Of a stretch of 37,797 bases of DNA, positions 29,376 through 37,797 are shown in pieces. The first letter of the stretch is position 1. Each line of letters begins with the position of its first letter. A program made the translations under genes and the position numbers. The stretch lies in NCBI GenBank assembly GCA_040220235.1, contig JAVJTO010000149.1; one strand, 5' to 3'. The notes beneath the pieces are model-generated. The model did not search any database and was not told where the DNA came from. It worked only from the letters and a program-made list of their open reading frames with translations. The DNA is from Coleofasciculus sp. B1-GNL1-01. Lineage in GTDB: Bacteria; Cyanobacteriota; Cyanobacteriia; Cyanobacteriales; Coleofasciculaceae.

Positions 29376-29615
29376 ATGAATTTTAAAGAATATGATGTTG
29401 TGGCATTAACCGAAGAAATTCAGGCACTTCATAAAGAAACTCAACAGCCAATCCGACTAATACCTGGGCAAGTCGGCACTATTCTGATGGATTTTGAGGG
29501 TCGAGCCTATCTTGTTGATTTTGCTGATGCTCACGGCAAAACCTATGCTATGGAAACCGTCCCCGGTGAAAGGTTGATGCTCCTTGTCTATGAACCCCTT
29601 CTAGCTGTTGCCTAA
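29376..29615 (+). CDS. DUF4926 domain protein (putative antitoxin/immunity partner)
   Basis: KEYDVVALTE...GQVGTI...AYLVDFADAHGKTYAM pattern; GAGG RBS. Confidence 0.82.
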   Translation: MNFKEYDVVALTEEIQALHKETQQPIRLIPGQVGTILMDFEGRAYLVDFADAHGKTYAMETVPGERLMLLVYEPLLAVA

Positions 29616-29629
29616 CATTGAAATGAACC

Positions 29630-29760
29630 TAAGTAGGTGGACACAATTAAAGTTAACGGTTGAGATTAGGGAACTGGGAACTGGGAACTGGGAACGGTAA
29701 GGCTTTGAGGGCTATTTACAAAACTTAATACAGTGCCGTTTTCTTTTGTCTGACTACTTA
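29630..29760. mobile_element. TA-flanked MITE with an internal GGGAACT heptamer STRR
   Basis: Imperfect terminal inverted repeats TAAGTAGGTGGACA...TGTCTGACTACTTA. Confidence 0.7.
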
Positions 29761-29794
29761 ATACCTGGTTAATATTTACTCAAGCTTGGTTGTT

Positions 29795-29863
29795 GGTGGG
29801 TTACGGCGGATATTAAATTAAAGGGTAACAATTGAGATAGTATAACCGCCTAACCCACCCTAC
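29795..29863 (-). repeat. Long-loop REP, copy 2
   Basis: Direct repeat of 28815-28883. Confidence 0.85.
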
Positions 29864-29974
29864 TTACTGGTGATTTTTTTTGAGGAGTTTAGGTTGGGTT
29901 TGTTAGCGTTCGTGTGGCGTTTCCAACGGTAGCGTAATGTATTCTATCGTCAAACGTTAGACATCGGCAAGTTA

Positions 29975-30358
29975 TTACACCGATGCAAACTCAGCAAACA
30001 CTTGCTCAATTACCTTTTGTGCCTTAGTATCCAGAGAATGCCAATCTACTTCACCGTCTTCATCAATTAGGCTGGTATCAATGTCAACCTCTTGGCTTTC
30101 TATTTCCGCATGAACTGGGGCGTACTCGCGAAAACAAACTTGAAAGCATAACTCCCACAAGTTAATACAGACAGAATGATCGGGTTTTTCTAAACATACC
30201 TCATGACCCGGTATTGGTGTCTGTACATCCTTATACGTGGCTTTCCAGGTGGTTTTCTCAAGCTGTTGGCGAATATGATCAACGATACGGATTAATGCGG
30301 GTTGCATTAAGAGTCCCGCTTGTTCCCACGCCTGAGTTGTTTTAAATTTGGGTTTCAT
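29975..30358 (-). CDS. Conserved cyanobacterial hypothetical protein
   Basis: AWEQAGLLMQPALIRIVDHIR...LWELCFQVCF...GEVDWHSLDTK; probable ATG at 30358. Confidence 0.82.
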   Translation of the reverse strand: MKPKFKTTQAWEQAGLLMQPALIRIVDHIRQQLEKTTWKATYKDVQTPIPGHEVCLEKPDHSVCINLWELCFQVCFREYAPVHAEIESQEVDIDTSLIDEDGEVDWHSLDTKAQKVIEQVFAEFASV

Positions 30359-30394
30359 TCTAAATGTCGAGAGGGAGGAATTCAGCAAGCAACA

Positions 30395-31222
30395 ATGTTA
30401 AGACTACTGAGTGGATTTGGATTCGTGACGGGAGCCACTTACCCGTTGCGCGTGTTGGCAGTTTTCCGACGCACACCCCGTCTGTGGGGATATATGATTA
30501 CTCCGATTCTGGTGAATCTGTGCATCGGGATTGCTTTGTATGCCGGATTACTGCTGTTGGGTTGGCAACAGGTTGACCGGATTACGCTTAGTTTATCGCA
30601 ATGGTTGAATAATGCGATCGCGAGTCTTCCCCCTTGGCTGAGTTTCCTGGATGTCTTAGCGACGGGGATCAATTGGCTGCTGGATGTCGTCTTGGTGATT
30701 GGCTTACTGCTGATTACCGGATTTTTGCTCGTTCAGTTTGGCGTTTTACTGGGTGCGCCGTGGTATGGTCAACTCTCGGAACAGTTAGAAGAAATTCGCA
30801 CGGGTCAAATTCACACGGTAGAGGTGGGATTTATTCAGGATATTTGGCGGGCGATTGTATTTGAGTTGAAGAAGTTAGTCCTAGGAATCAGCGTGGGCAT
30901 TTTCTTATTAATGCTGAATATTCTACCCGGAATTGGCACTTTAGCCGCCGCCATCGGTGGGATTATCCTCACCGCCACAGTAACTTGTCTGGACTTTCTC
31001 GACGCGCCCTTAGAACGTCGCCGTTTACGATTTCGCTATAAGTTAGGAATTGTGTTTAAAAGTTTACCTGCCAGTGCGGGGTTTAGTTTAGTCTGTATGG
31101 TGTTGATTACGGTGCCATTAGTGAATCTTTTTACCATTCCTTTATGTGTCGCCTCTGGGACATTGTTTTTTTGCGATCGCGTGTTACCTAAGTTACCGCA
31201 ATCTTTGAGGTTCGAGCATTAG
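30395..31222 (+). CDS. EI24/CysZ-like membrane protein
   Basis: Multiple TM segments with GAPWYGQLSEQLE and LDFLDAPLERRR motifs; probable ATG at 30395. Confidence 0.88.
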   Translation: MLRLLSGFGFVTGATYPLRVLAVFRRTPRLWGYMITPILVNLCIGIALYAGLLLLGWQQVDRITLSLSQWLNNAIASLPPWLSFLDVLATGINWLLDVVLVIGLLLITGFLLVQFGVLLGAPWYGQLSEQLEEIRTGQIHTVEVGFIQDIWRAIVFELKKLVLGISVGIFLLMLNILPGIGTLAAAIGGIILTATVTCLDFLDAPLERRRLRFRYKLGIVFKSLPASAGFSLVCMVLITVPLVNLFTIPLCVASGTLFFCDRVLPKLPQSLRFEH

Positions 31223-31367
31223 TCTAAATCTAGATTTTCCTCCAGAGCCATGGCTGCGATGATAGCATCTGGTAATTTCAGAGTATACTGGCGACGGATA
31301 GTAATGGTGGTATTTTCAATTGCTGGAGTCATGGGTTGGTGTCAAGTAAAAATTTACTCCCACTCAC
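31219..31367 (-). pseudogene. Internally deleted VapC (PIN) toxin
   Basis: GTG start overlapping the antitoxin stop gives VSGSKFLLDTN, then a jump to IRRQYTLKLPDAIIAAMALEENL. Confidence 0.8.
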
Positions 31368-31575
31368 GGCGTAGTACCTCCTGAATTTCGACGGGATCTT
31401 CGTTGAAATTGGGGGAGTCTCTCAAAATGCCCAAGTAGTTAGAAAGCAATAGTGATGTATGGGATGGGCGCGACTGAACTTTTAGGCGCAAAAACTCAGC
31501 AAAAGCCAACACCATATTGGCTTGGTCTTCGGGCAAAGCTTTGACGAGTTGGTAAACAGCTTCCGCAGTGGTCAT
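31354..31575 (-). CDS. DUF2281-like antitoxin
   Basis: VKALPEDQANMVLAFAEFL...GILRDSPNFNEDPVEIQEVLRREWE; upstream of the PIN remnant. Confidence 0.8.
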   Translation of the reverse strand: MTTAEAVYQLVKALPEDQANMVLAFAEFLRLKVQSRPSHTSLLLSNYLGILRDSPNFNEDPVEIQEVLRREWE

Positions 31576-31777
31576 TGGCAGGTGAGTTGTGTCGGGTGTT
31601 GCTTAAATCAGGTTATGACTTCAGTGTAACGAAAAATCAGTCGTTTCTAGTCTTTATTTTCGATTCAGTGACTCGAATTCACATCCCTATAGTTTTTTGC
31701 GATCGCGTCTTACCCAAGTTACCTCAATCTCTGGCAAAACCCAAGTAGGTTTACAACTCATTTACAAATGCTATAAA

Positions 31778-32662
31778 TCAGTGACTGTTCAATACATGAG
31801 CTTTGTCAACCTTGAATCTATCCTCCATATAGCCGAGTATTTGCAATTCCCGACCTGCGATTTCATGAAACTGCTTTATCTCCGATTCAGTTAACTCTTT
31901 TTTCCACCGCCCTTGACTCGACTGATCAATGGATTTGGATAATTTGCGGAACTCTTGGCGAGTATCTTGAGTGATCGTGTTCTGGGAATAGTATTGAGGA
32001 TTGATTTGTCTGGAATCATACTCTTCCCCAATAAAATCCATGATTTGCCTAACTACCTGTTCCGGTTTAGTCGTTAAGTCTTCATACTTAACATCCAAAA
32101 TATTTTCATTATCTCCCTGTCTGAGTCTCGCGTTTACACATTTTTTCCAGTAGGACGCATAGCGGACAATACTCTTTCCTTGGGGAACATTTTGGTGATG
32201 GCGTGCGGAACAATAGCCGTCTCGACCATCGCGGAACATATTGATAAATTTGGCGTTGGGAAAGTGCTTTAATAAAAACTTCAACCTCAAAACATGCTGG
32301 GGAGTTTTTTCAATAAAACGCTGACCTCCTGTTTGTTGAGTGATCTGTTGAGTGAATTTATCGTAAAATTGCACAATATCTTGGGACTGCCCAATTAAAT
32401 ATGCTATATCTTTAGTGGTAAATCCTTCATAAGTAAACCCATAAATATCCCGGTACATAAACAAGCCCGTTTCATACCCAAAACTACTCAAATTAGGATG
32501 AGCGCCTAAAATTAATTTCATCAGGGTTGTGCCACTGCGAGGCGCACCAAACACGAAAATATGGGGTTCATGAGAACTCGTCTTCGGTAGGCGCAGAAAA
32601 ATGTTTTTAGGAATGGCTTGGGGATGTTTTAAAAAAGAGCGAAGGGCTGTAATAAGGGGCAT
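31778..32662 (-). CDS. Sulfotransferase family protein
   Basis: FVFGAPRSGTT PAPS loop, EKTPQH, RDGRD and VKYEDL motifs. Confidence 0.93.
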   Translation of the reverse strand: MPLITALRSFLKHPQAIPKNIFLRLPKTSSHEPHIFVFGAPRSGTTLMKLILGAHPNLSSFGYETGLFMYRDIYGFTYEGFTTKDIAYLIGQSQDIVQFYDKFTQQITQQTGGQRFIEKTPQHVLRLKFLLKHFPNAKFINMFRDGRDGYCSARHHQNVPQGKSIVRYASYWKKCVNARLRQGDNENILDVKYEDLTTKPEQVVRQIMDFIGEEYDSRQINPQYYSQNTITQDTRQEFRKLSKSIDQSSQGRWKKELTESEIKQFHEIAGRELQILGYMEDRFKVDKAHVLNSH

Positions 32663-32830
32663 AGGGCTAACCTTTGAGTATTTTTATATGATCTGATAAT
32701 AGTAAAATATTACTCGATGATAATTAAGATTTAACCTCGACTCAAAAAAAATTAATAATTCCTTGAGTTGAATAGTATCTTAATATTTTGTATTAATATA
32801 GACAGGATGACAATTATTTAATAATCAGGT

Positions 32831-33868
32831 ATGGAGTACAAACAACTGGGGGAAAGCGACCTACGGGTTTCAGAAATCTGCTTGGGAACCATGACCTATG
32901 GTCAGCAGAACACGATAGACGATGCGAGAGAGCAACTGGACTACGCGATTTCCCAAGGGGTTAACTTTATTGACACCGCAGAAATGTATCCTGTACCGGG
33001 ACGGGCGGAAACTCAGGGGAAGACAGAAGAGTATATAGGTGAGTGGTTAGTTAAGCAACAGCGCGATCAGCTCATTGTGGCGACTAAAATTGCGGGTCCC
33101 ACGTCTCGGATGAGTTGGATTCGGGGAGAAAACCACCGAATTGACCGCCCCAATATCGAGCAGGCACTCGAAGATAGTCTTAAGCGCCTGCGTACTGATT
33201 ATATTGACCTCTATCAAATCCATTGGCCCGATCGCTATGTTCCCTTGTTTGGCGCACCTGATTATGATCCCAAGCATGAACGGGACACCGTACCCATTGC
33301 GGAACAACTACAGGTATTCGCTGATTTCATCAAAGCCGGAAAAATTCGCTATTTGGGGTTGAGTAATGAAACCCCTTGGGGCGTGTGTGAGTTTTCCCAT
33401 GTTGCCAAGCAGCTAGGATTACCCAAAGTGGTGTCGATTCAAAATGCCTACAGCTTGGTTAATCGCATCTTTGATATTCACCTGGCGGAAGCCTGTCGAT
33501 TTAATCAGGTTGGGTTACTCGCCTATAGTCCCTTAGCTTTTGGCTTGCTGACGGGTAAATATCTCAACGGTATCCCAGAAAAGTCACGGCTAGCCCTATT
33601 TCAAGGATTTGGGGGGCGGTATGAGAAATTCAATCTCACTGAAGCGGTGAAGGAGTATGTGGACATTGCCCATAAGCATAACCTGACACCCGCCCAGTTA
33701 GCCTTGGCATTTGTGCGATCGCGTTGGTTTGTCACCAGTACGATTATCGGTGCAACAACAATAGAACAACTTAAGGAAAATCTGAGTGCGGCTGAGGTGA
33801 CATTGGATCAGGATATCTTGGCAGAAATTAATGCCGTTCACGCCCAGTATCCGAATCCGACGCCCTGA
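32831..33868 (+). CDS. NADP(H)-dependent aldo/keto reductase (Tas-like)
   Basis: ICLGTMTYGQQN, DTAEMYP, DLYQIHWPDR, GLSNETPWG and AYSPLAFG motifs. Confidence 0.94.
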   Translation: MEYKQLGESDLRVSEICLGTMTYGQQNTIDDAREQLDYAISQGVNFIDTAEMYPVPGRAETQGKTEEYIGEWLVKQQRDQLIVATKIAGPTSRMSWIRGENHRIDRPNIEQALEDSLKRLRTDYIDLYQIHWPDRYVPLFGAPDYDPKHERDTVPIAEQLQVFADFIKAGKIRYLGLSNETPWGVCEFSHVAKQLGLPKVVSIQNAYSLVNRIFDIHLAEACRFNQVGLLAYSPLAFGLLTGKYLNGIPEKSRLALFQGFGGRYEKFNLTEAVKEYVDIAHKHNLTPAQLALAFVRSRWFVTSTIIGATTIEQLKENLSAAEVTLDQDILAEINAVHAQYPNPTP

Positions 33869-33918
33869 GGGAGATGGGAACAGTAGGGGTTTGGTCTCCA
33901 AACCCCATTTCTTATGTA

Positions 33919-33994
33919 GGGGGAGCAGGGGGAGCAGGGGGAGCAGGGGGAGCAGGGGGAGTAAACAAATGACAAATGACAAATGACAAATGAC
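33919..33994 (+). repeat. GGGGGAGCAG decamer x4 followed by AAATGAC heptamer x4 overlapping the ureF start
   Basis: Directly visible tandem repeats. Confidence 0.88.
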
Positions 33995-34663
33995 CAAAGT
34001 TACCTTTTACGTTTGTTGCAACTAGCGAGTCCTGGCTTACCTGTCGGTGCTTACAGCTATTCAGAAGGATTAGAAATACTTGTAGAAAAGGGGATAATTA
34101 ATAACCCACAACAATTGAAAGCGTGGATTGACCAAGAATTGAGCTATGGGGCGATTCGCTTAGAAGCTGCGATTATGGTACGAGCCTATCAGAGTCTTCA
34201 GGCTGACGATTTAGAGGCGTTGTCGTATTGGAATGCTTGGGCGAGTGCGGCGAAGGAAACCTCGGAGTTGCGATCGCAAAGTTGGCAAATGGGGAATTCC
34301 CTGATCCGCTTACTCGTGGAGTTAGAACCGGAACTTCAGTCTGTGGCGGGGAGAGTGGGAACTCCCTGCAATTATGCGATCGCCTTTGGTACTGTAGCCG
34401 CGTACTGGCAAATTAACCTCATGGATGCTTTATTGGGCTATTTACACAGTTGGGCATCCAATCTGATTAATACAGGTGTGAAATTGATTCCTTTGGGTCA
34501 AACCGCCGGACAACAACTGCTGCTGGAACTTGCCCCTCAGCTATCCCTTGCTAGCCAAGAGGTTTTGACACTAGACGATGAACAGTTGCACAGTTGCTCG
34601 TGGGGGTTAGCCCTCTCTAGCATGGCTCACGAAATCCAATATACGCGATTATTTCGTAGTTAA
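33983..34663 (+). CDS. ureF: Urease accessory protein UreF
   Basis: [33 protein letters not shown] and C-terminal [11 protein letters not shown]. Confidence 0.96.
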   Translation: MTNDQSYLLRLLQLASPGLPVGAYSYSEGLEILVEKGIINNPQQLKAWIDQELSYGAIRLEAAIMVRAYQSLQADDLEALSYWNAWASAAKETSELRSQSWQMGNSLIRLLVELEPELQSVAGRVGTPCNYAIAFGTVAAYWQINLMDALLGYLHSWASNLINTGVKLIPLGQTAGQQLLLELAPQLSLASQEVLTLDDEQLHSCSWGLALSSMAHEIQYTRLFRS

Positions 34664-34740
34664 AGATATTTTGTACTGGTGTCAGTTGTCTATCGGATAG
34701 TTCTATGCTACCTTAAAAGTTTTTCAAATTTGAGGAAGCT

Positions 34741-34986
34741 ATGAGTCAACGAACCCAGATCAATCTTCGCATAGACAACGAATTGCTCCAAGCGCTACGC
34801 GAAAAATGTGCGTCGGAAGGCTGCACGCAGACGGAGTTTATTACCAATGCCATCAAATCGTCATTAGGTATCCCGATTACCCAAGCTAATCTGATTGAGA
34901 TCGATGAAAGAATCGCTGCCCATATTCAACCCATTCGAGAAGAGTTAGATCAGTTGAGGGCAGCGTTGGGGGAATTCGCCGCCTGA
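34741..34986 (+). CDS. Ribbon-helix-helix (CopG-like) DNA-binding protein with a coiled-coil tail
   Basis: QINLRIDNELLQALREKCASEGCTQTEFITNAIKSSL; GAGG RBS; -10-like TATGCT upstream. Confidence 0.82.
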   Translation: MSQRTQINLRIDNELLQALREKCASEGCTQTEFITNAIKSSLGIPITQANLIEIDERIAAHIQPIREELDQLRAALGEFAA

Positions 34987-35150
34987 GGGTGGAAGATGAC
35001 ACTCTCAGGCAACAGGTTCCACCATTATCCAACTTGGAGGCAATTCGCGATCGCATCCTTGGCAACTTGAATCTCGGTAGGAATGCAGTTGCCTACAAAG
35101 CCGCCCATAAAGTCCTCGATGAGTTTATTGGCGAATTGTACAGCAAATAG
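34968..35150 (+). CDS. Overlapping -1 frame ORF lacking ATG; candidate frameshift extension of the RHH gene
   Basis: GGIRRLRVEDDTLRQQVPPLSNLEAIRDRILGNLNLGRNAVAYKAAHKVLDEFIGELYSK*; G5AA run plus a downstream 11-bp hairpin. Confidence 0.6.
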   Translation, partial: GGIRRLRVEDDTLRQQVPPLSNLEAIRDRILGNLNLGRNAVAYKAAHKVLDEFIGELYSK

Positions 35151-36196
35151 AGGATCACCAAAAGCGGTGACGACTATAGTGCCTTGGTTCATGGTTCATT
35201 AACTTTGAACCATGAACTTTGAACCATGAACTTGGTGCTTCGCGAGTATCATGTCTCTTGCGTCTGGTAAAGTCCCACGTTTTTTAGCGTGGGATATATT
35301 TTTTTTATTCTCTTTAATTTTATATAGTTTAGCTATACAAATGCTATATATTTAGCCAGAACCTGATAATCAAAAATACTTAATATCTAGGAAGAAAGAT
35401 TAATCATGTCAGGGAAATTACGGATGAATTGGGGAATAAATATCCCCATACCTAAGCCAAATGGCTTAGGGATATTCCCCTAAAATTTGGGCTGACTAAG
35501 CGCTGAAATGCCTATAGTTAAAAGATTAATAGCTTGCCTTCCTGCAATAGAGCTATACGTAGTAAACTTACGTCATTATGCTGAGGTAATTAGCAGCACG
35601 ATAAGCCGACAATAAGAAGACGTAATGACTTAAACCAGAAAAAGTGAACAAACCTTTACAAAAAATTTATGCTCACTTTACTGAATGGCTAGTGAAATCC
35701 TCTACCATAAAGACAGAGTAAGTCTGAATGAGTTGTGAAATAGCAATCCTTGCTGGGTAAACTTTCCAGCCTCATTTGTTAAAAATCAATTATTAAGACT
35801 GGCGATAGTGAGTGTAAGCAACTTTCTCAAAACGTCTACGTATAATTACTCCAGATACAACACAATCTGAACTATCACAGCAGTGCATCTCCACAACGCC
35901 TAAGTGAGGGGCTGGCTCGCGTCCATCGGTGACAGCGAAAACTCATCTAATCTGGGTAATTTACCAAATTCTGTAATATTAACGGCAAGCGCTGAATTTA
36001 AATGCCAACCCAATGAACCCAGTTGTTTATGCCGCTCTCCAAACAAGACTGTATGGAATTGTCCCAGTTGATTATCCCAGTCTGATGGTATTAGCACGAC
36101 TCAGTGCAGTCTGTTCCTCCGTTCTCAACTTGGCTAGTTGCTTTCATCATCCCTAATCACTTTCATGCTGTATTCCCAGGAGTTCAAGCTAAAATT

Positions 36197-37609
36197 ATGA
36201 CCAATCAATTCGAGCGAGCAATTGGATATTCACAAAACTGGACTGAATTTCTTAGCACTGGCGCATTTCCCTTCACCCCTTGTCCAATCGCCAATACTGA
36301 AAATCTAGCGACCCAACTTTTCTCCTGCGCGAGTGAGAAATTCACAGGTTGCTTAGATATTGAAGCTTCTCAACGCCAACACTGGAATTTATATTTTTCC
36401 CAAGGTTTAATCTGTGGTGGAAGTGGCATACATCCCCGTCGCAGTTGGTTGCGCCAGCTTTATCGCTACTGTCCCCAACTGATGAAGGATAGGACTGCCA
36501 ACCATTCCCAGCCGTTTCCTAGTGACAATTACGATGCCTTAGCGGAATTAGTAATACAGGGAAAGCTTCGGTCAGAGCAAATGACAGAAGTTGTCGAAAG
36601 CTATATTCTGGAAATCTTCTTTGATCTGATTCAACACCTAGAACAGCTATCTTCTTCCTCAAACTGGCAACTCAGTTATAGTCAAATTGCTCAAGACCAG
36701 ATGGATTCAGCTTTAGTCACCATTGATGTTGATGAAATGTGGAGGCAAGCGTTAAAACTGTGGCGAAGCTGGCAAAGCGCCAATTTAACCGACATTTCTC
36801 CTAATTTAGCGCCTCAGGCATTAAACCCTGAGAAATTGCAACAACAGTTTTCCCAGATGCTCTATGATAACCTCAGTGGTTTGGGAGGTATGAATCAGAT
36901 GTTTAAAGGGTTGCAAGAAGAAACCTCTCAATTCCCATCAGATAACCTGATTGCGGCGATGGATGGCAATCAAACATTACGGGACTTAGCTGTTCATTTG
37001 AATCGGAATCTTGTACTTCTGACTCAGCCTATCATGCCCTATATTCGTCAAGGGTTAGTGGAACTGAATCAGGTTGAGGATGTGAGTTTCAGCGCTGCAT
37101 TACCAACGCAGCGAGAATTTTCATCAGCCGAAACTCCTGCCACTCCAGTAAAATCGAAATCGAAAAGTCCCTTAATTGCCTGTATCGAGGATAGCTCATT
37201 TGATTTAGTGCTGATGAATCATATTCTCACTCAAGCCGGTTATCCGTTTATCAATATTGAGGATCAGGAAAAAGCATTATCGCTATTGATAGAACACAAA
37301 CCTGATCTGATTTTCTTAGATTTAGTCATGCCGATTGCGAATGGGTATGAAATCTGCTCCCAAATTCGTCGGGTTCCCTTTTTCAAATCCACCCCGGTGA
37401 TTATTGTAACGGGTAAGGATGGGATTATTGACCGGACACGGGCAAAAATTGTCGGCGCGTCAGATTTTATCACCAAGCCGATTAACAAAGATAAAATGTT
37501 CCAAGCATTACAAACCTATCTTCCCCAGTCTCCGGTTAACCAGTTTCAGGATAAATCAATGTTTGCTGATTGGTCTATCCAACCGCCGATTCAATACTCT
37601 CTGATGTAA
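36197..37609 (+). CDS. PatA-type response regulator (PATAN/DUF4388 N-terminus, C-terminal REC)
   Basis: FTGCLDI...WNLYFSQG, ISPNLAP, DGNQTLRDLA; REC motifs IACIEDS, LIFLDLVMP and FITKP; probable ATG at 36197. Confidence 0.9.
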   Translation: MTNQFERAIGYSQNWTEFLSTGAFPFTPCPIANTENLATQLFSCASEKFTGCLDIEASQRQHWNLYFSQGLICGGSGIHPRRSWLRQLYRYCPQLMKDRTANHSQPFPSDNYDALAELVIQGKLRSEQMTEVVESYILEIFFDLIQHLEQLSSSSNWQLSYSQIAQDQMDSALVTIDVDEMWRQALKLWRSWQSANLTDISPNLAPQALNPEKLQQQFSQMLYDNLSGLGGMNQMFKGLQEETSQFPSDNLIAAMDGNQTLRDLAVHLNRNLVLLTQPIMPYIRQGLVELNQVEDVSFSAALPTQREFSSAETPATPVKSKSKSPLIACIEDSSFDLVLMNHILTQAGYPFINIEDQEKALSLLIEHKPDLIFLDLVMPIANGYEICSQIRRVPFFKSTPVIIVTGKDGIIDRTRAKIVGASDFITKPINKDKMFQALQTYLPQSPVNQFQDKSMFADWSIQPPIQYSLM

Positions 37610-37628
37610 GTAAGGGTTACTGAATAAC

Positions 37629-37725
37629 TAGGGTCTGCTGAATAACTCTTGTGGTAGGGAGAGGCAATAGGCAATAGGCAACACCTCGGCTTACCTCGAC
37701 TCCGCTCGGTAACACGCTCGGTGTT
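37629..37725 (+). repeat. Second copy of the TAGGG(A/T)CTGCTGAATAA element with GGCAATA heptamers and nested small repeats
   Basis: Matches 1469-1520; followed by nested CCTCGGC-[TTACCTCGACTCCGCTCGGTAA]-CACGCTCGG. Confidence 0.65.
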
Positions 37726-37797
37726 TCATGGGCAATGGTTTCAACCCTCTGTCGAGGGAAAATTCGGCGCTGAGGTTGGCAAAAATTCCAGGATGCA

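Noticed and set aside
33698..33997. 99-aa ORF with LLPLLP repeats
   Set aside because: Translation of tandem repeats, antisense to the aldo/keto reductase.
35150..36196. Gene or ncRNA in the long region upstream of the PatA-type regulator
   Set aside because: Only heptamer repeats and short palindromes (35272-35294, about 35451-35470) are visible; not enough support to call a feature.

Overview
Chromosomal window from a filamentous cyanobacterium, inferred from frequent HIP1 GCGATCGC octamers, 7-bp STRR repeats and typical cyanobacterial gene families. Core genes are mltA, asd-dapA-rnj, tig-clpP-clpX, metH, an aldo/keto reductase, ureF and a PatA-type regulator. They are interspersed with accessory and decayed DNA: IS remnants, broken toxin-antitoxin modules and many GTAG-REP/MITE repeats. 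The main accessory island (about 17.57-24.83 kb) encodes a caspase-like C14 protease and a co-oriented NB-ARC/TPR (NLR-like) receptor with 23 near-identical repeats. The caspase C-terminal tail (GSGNVNFGNIARAGEIRI) aligns with a motif at the NLR N-terminus (GDHNINIGHIGQAGDIQI), which suggests an amyloid/RHIM-like signalling pair. A RAYT transposase with REP arrays sits between the two genes, and matching REPs bracket the island. Other notable points are a tig-operon ClpP lacking its catalytic Ser and His, a candidate -1 frameshift in a small RHH gene, and an IS200/IS605 right end interrupting a CHAT protease gene. All family assignments come from motif recognition by eye; no searches were run.
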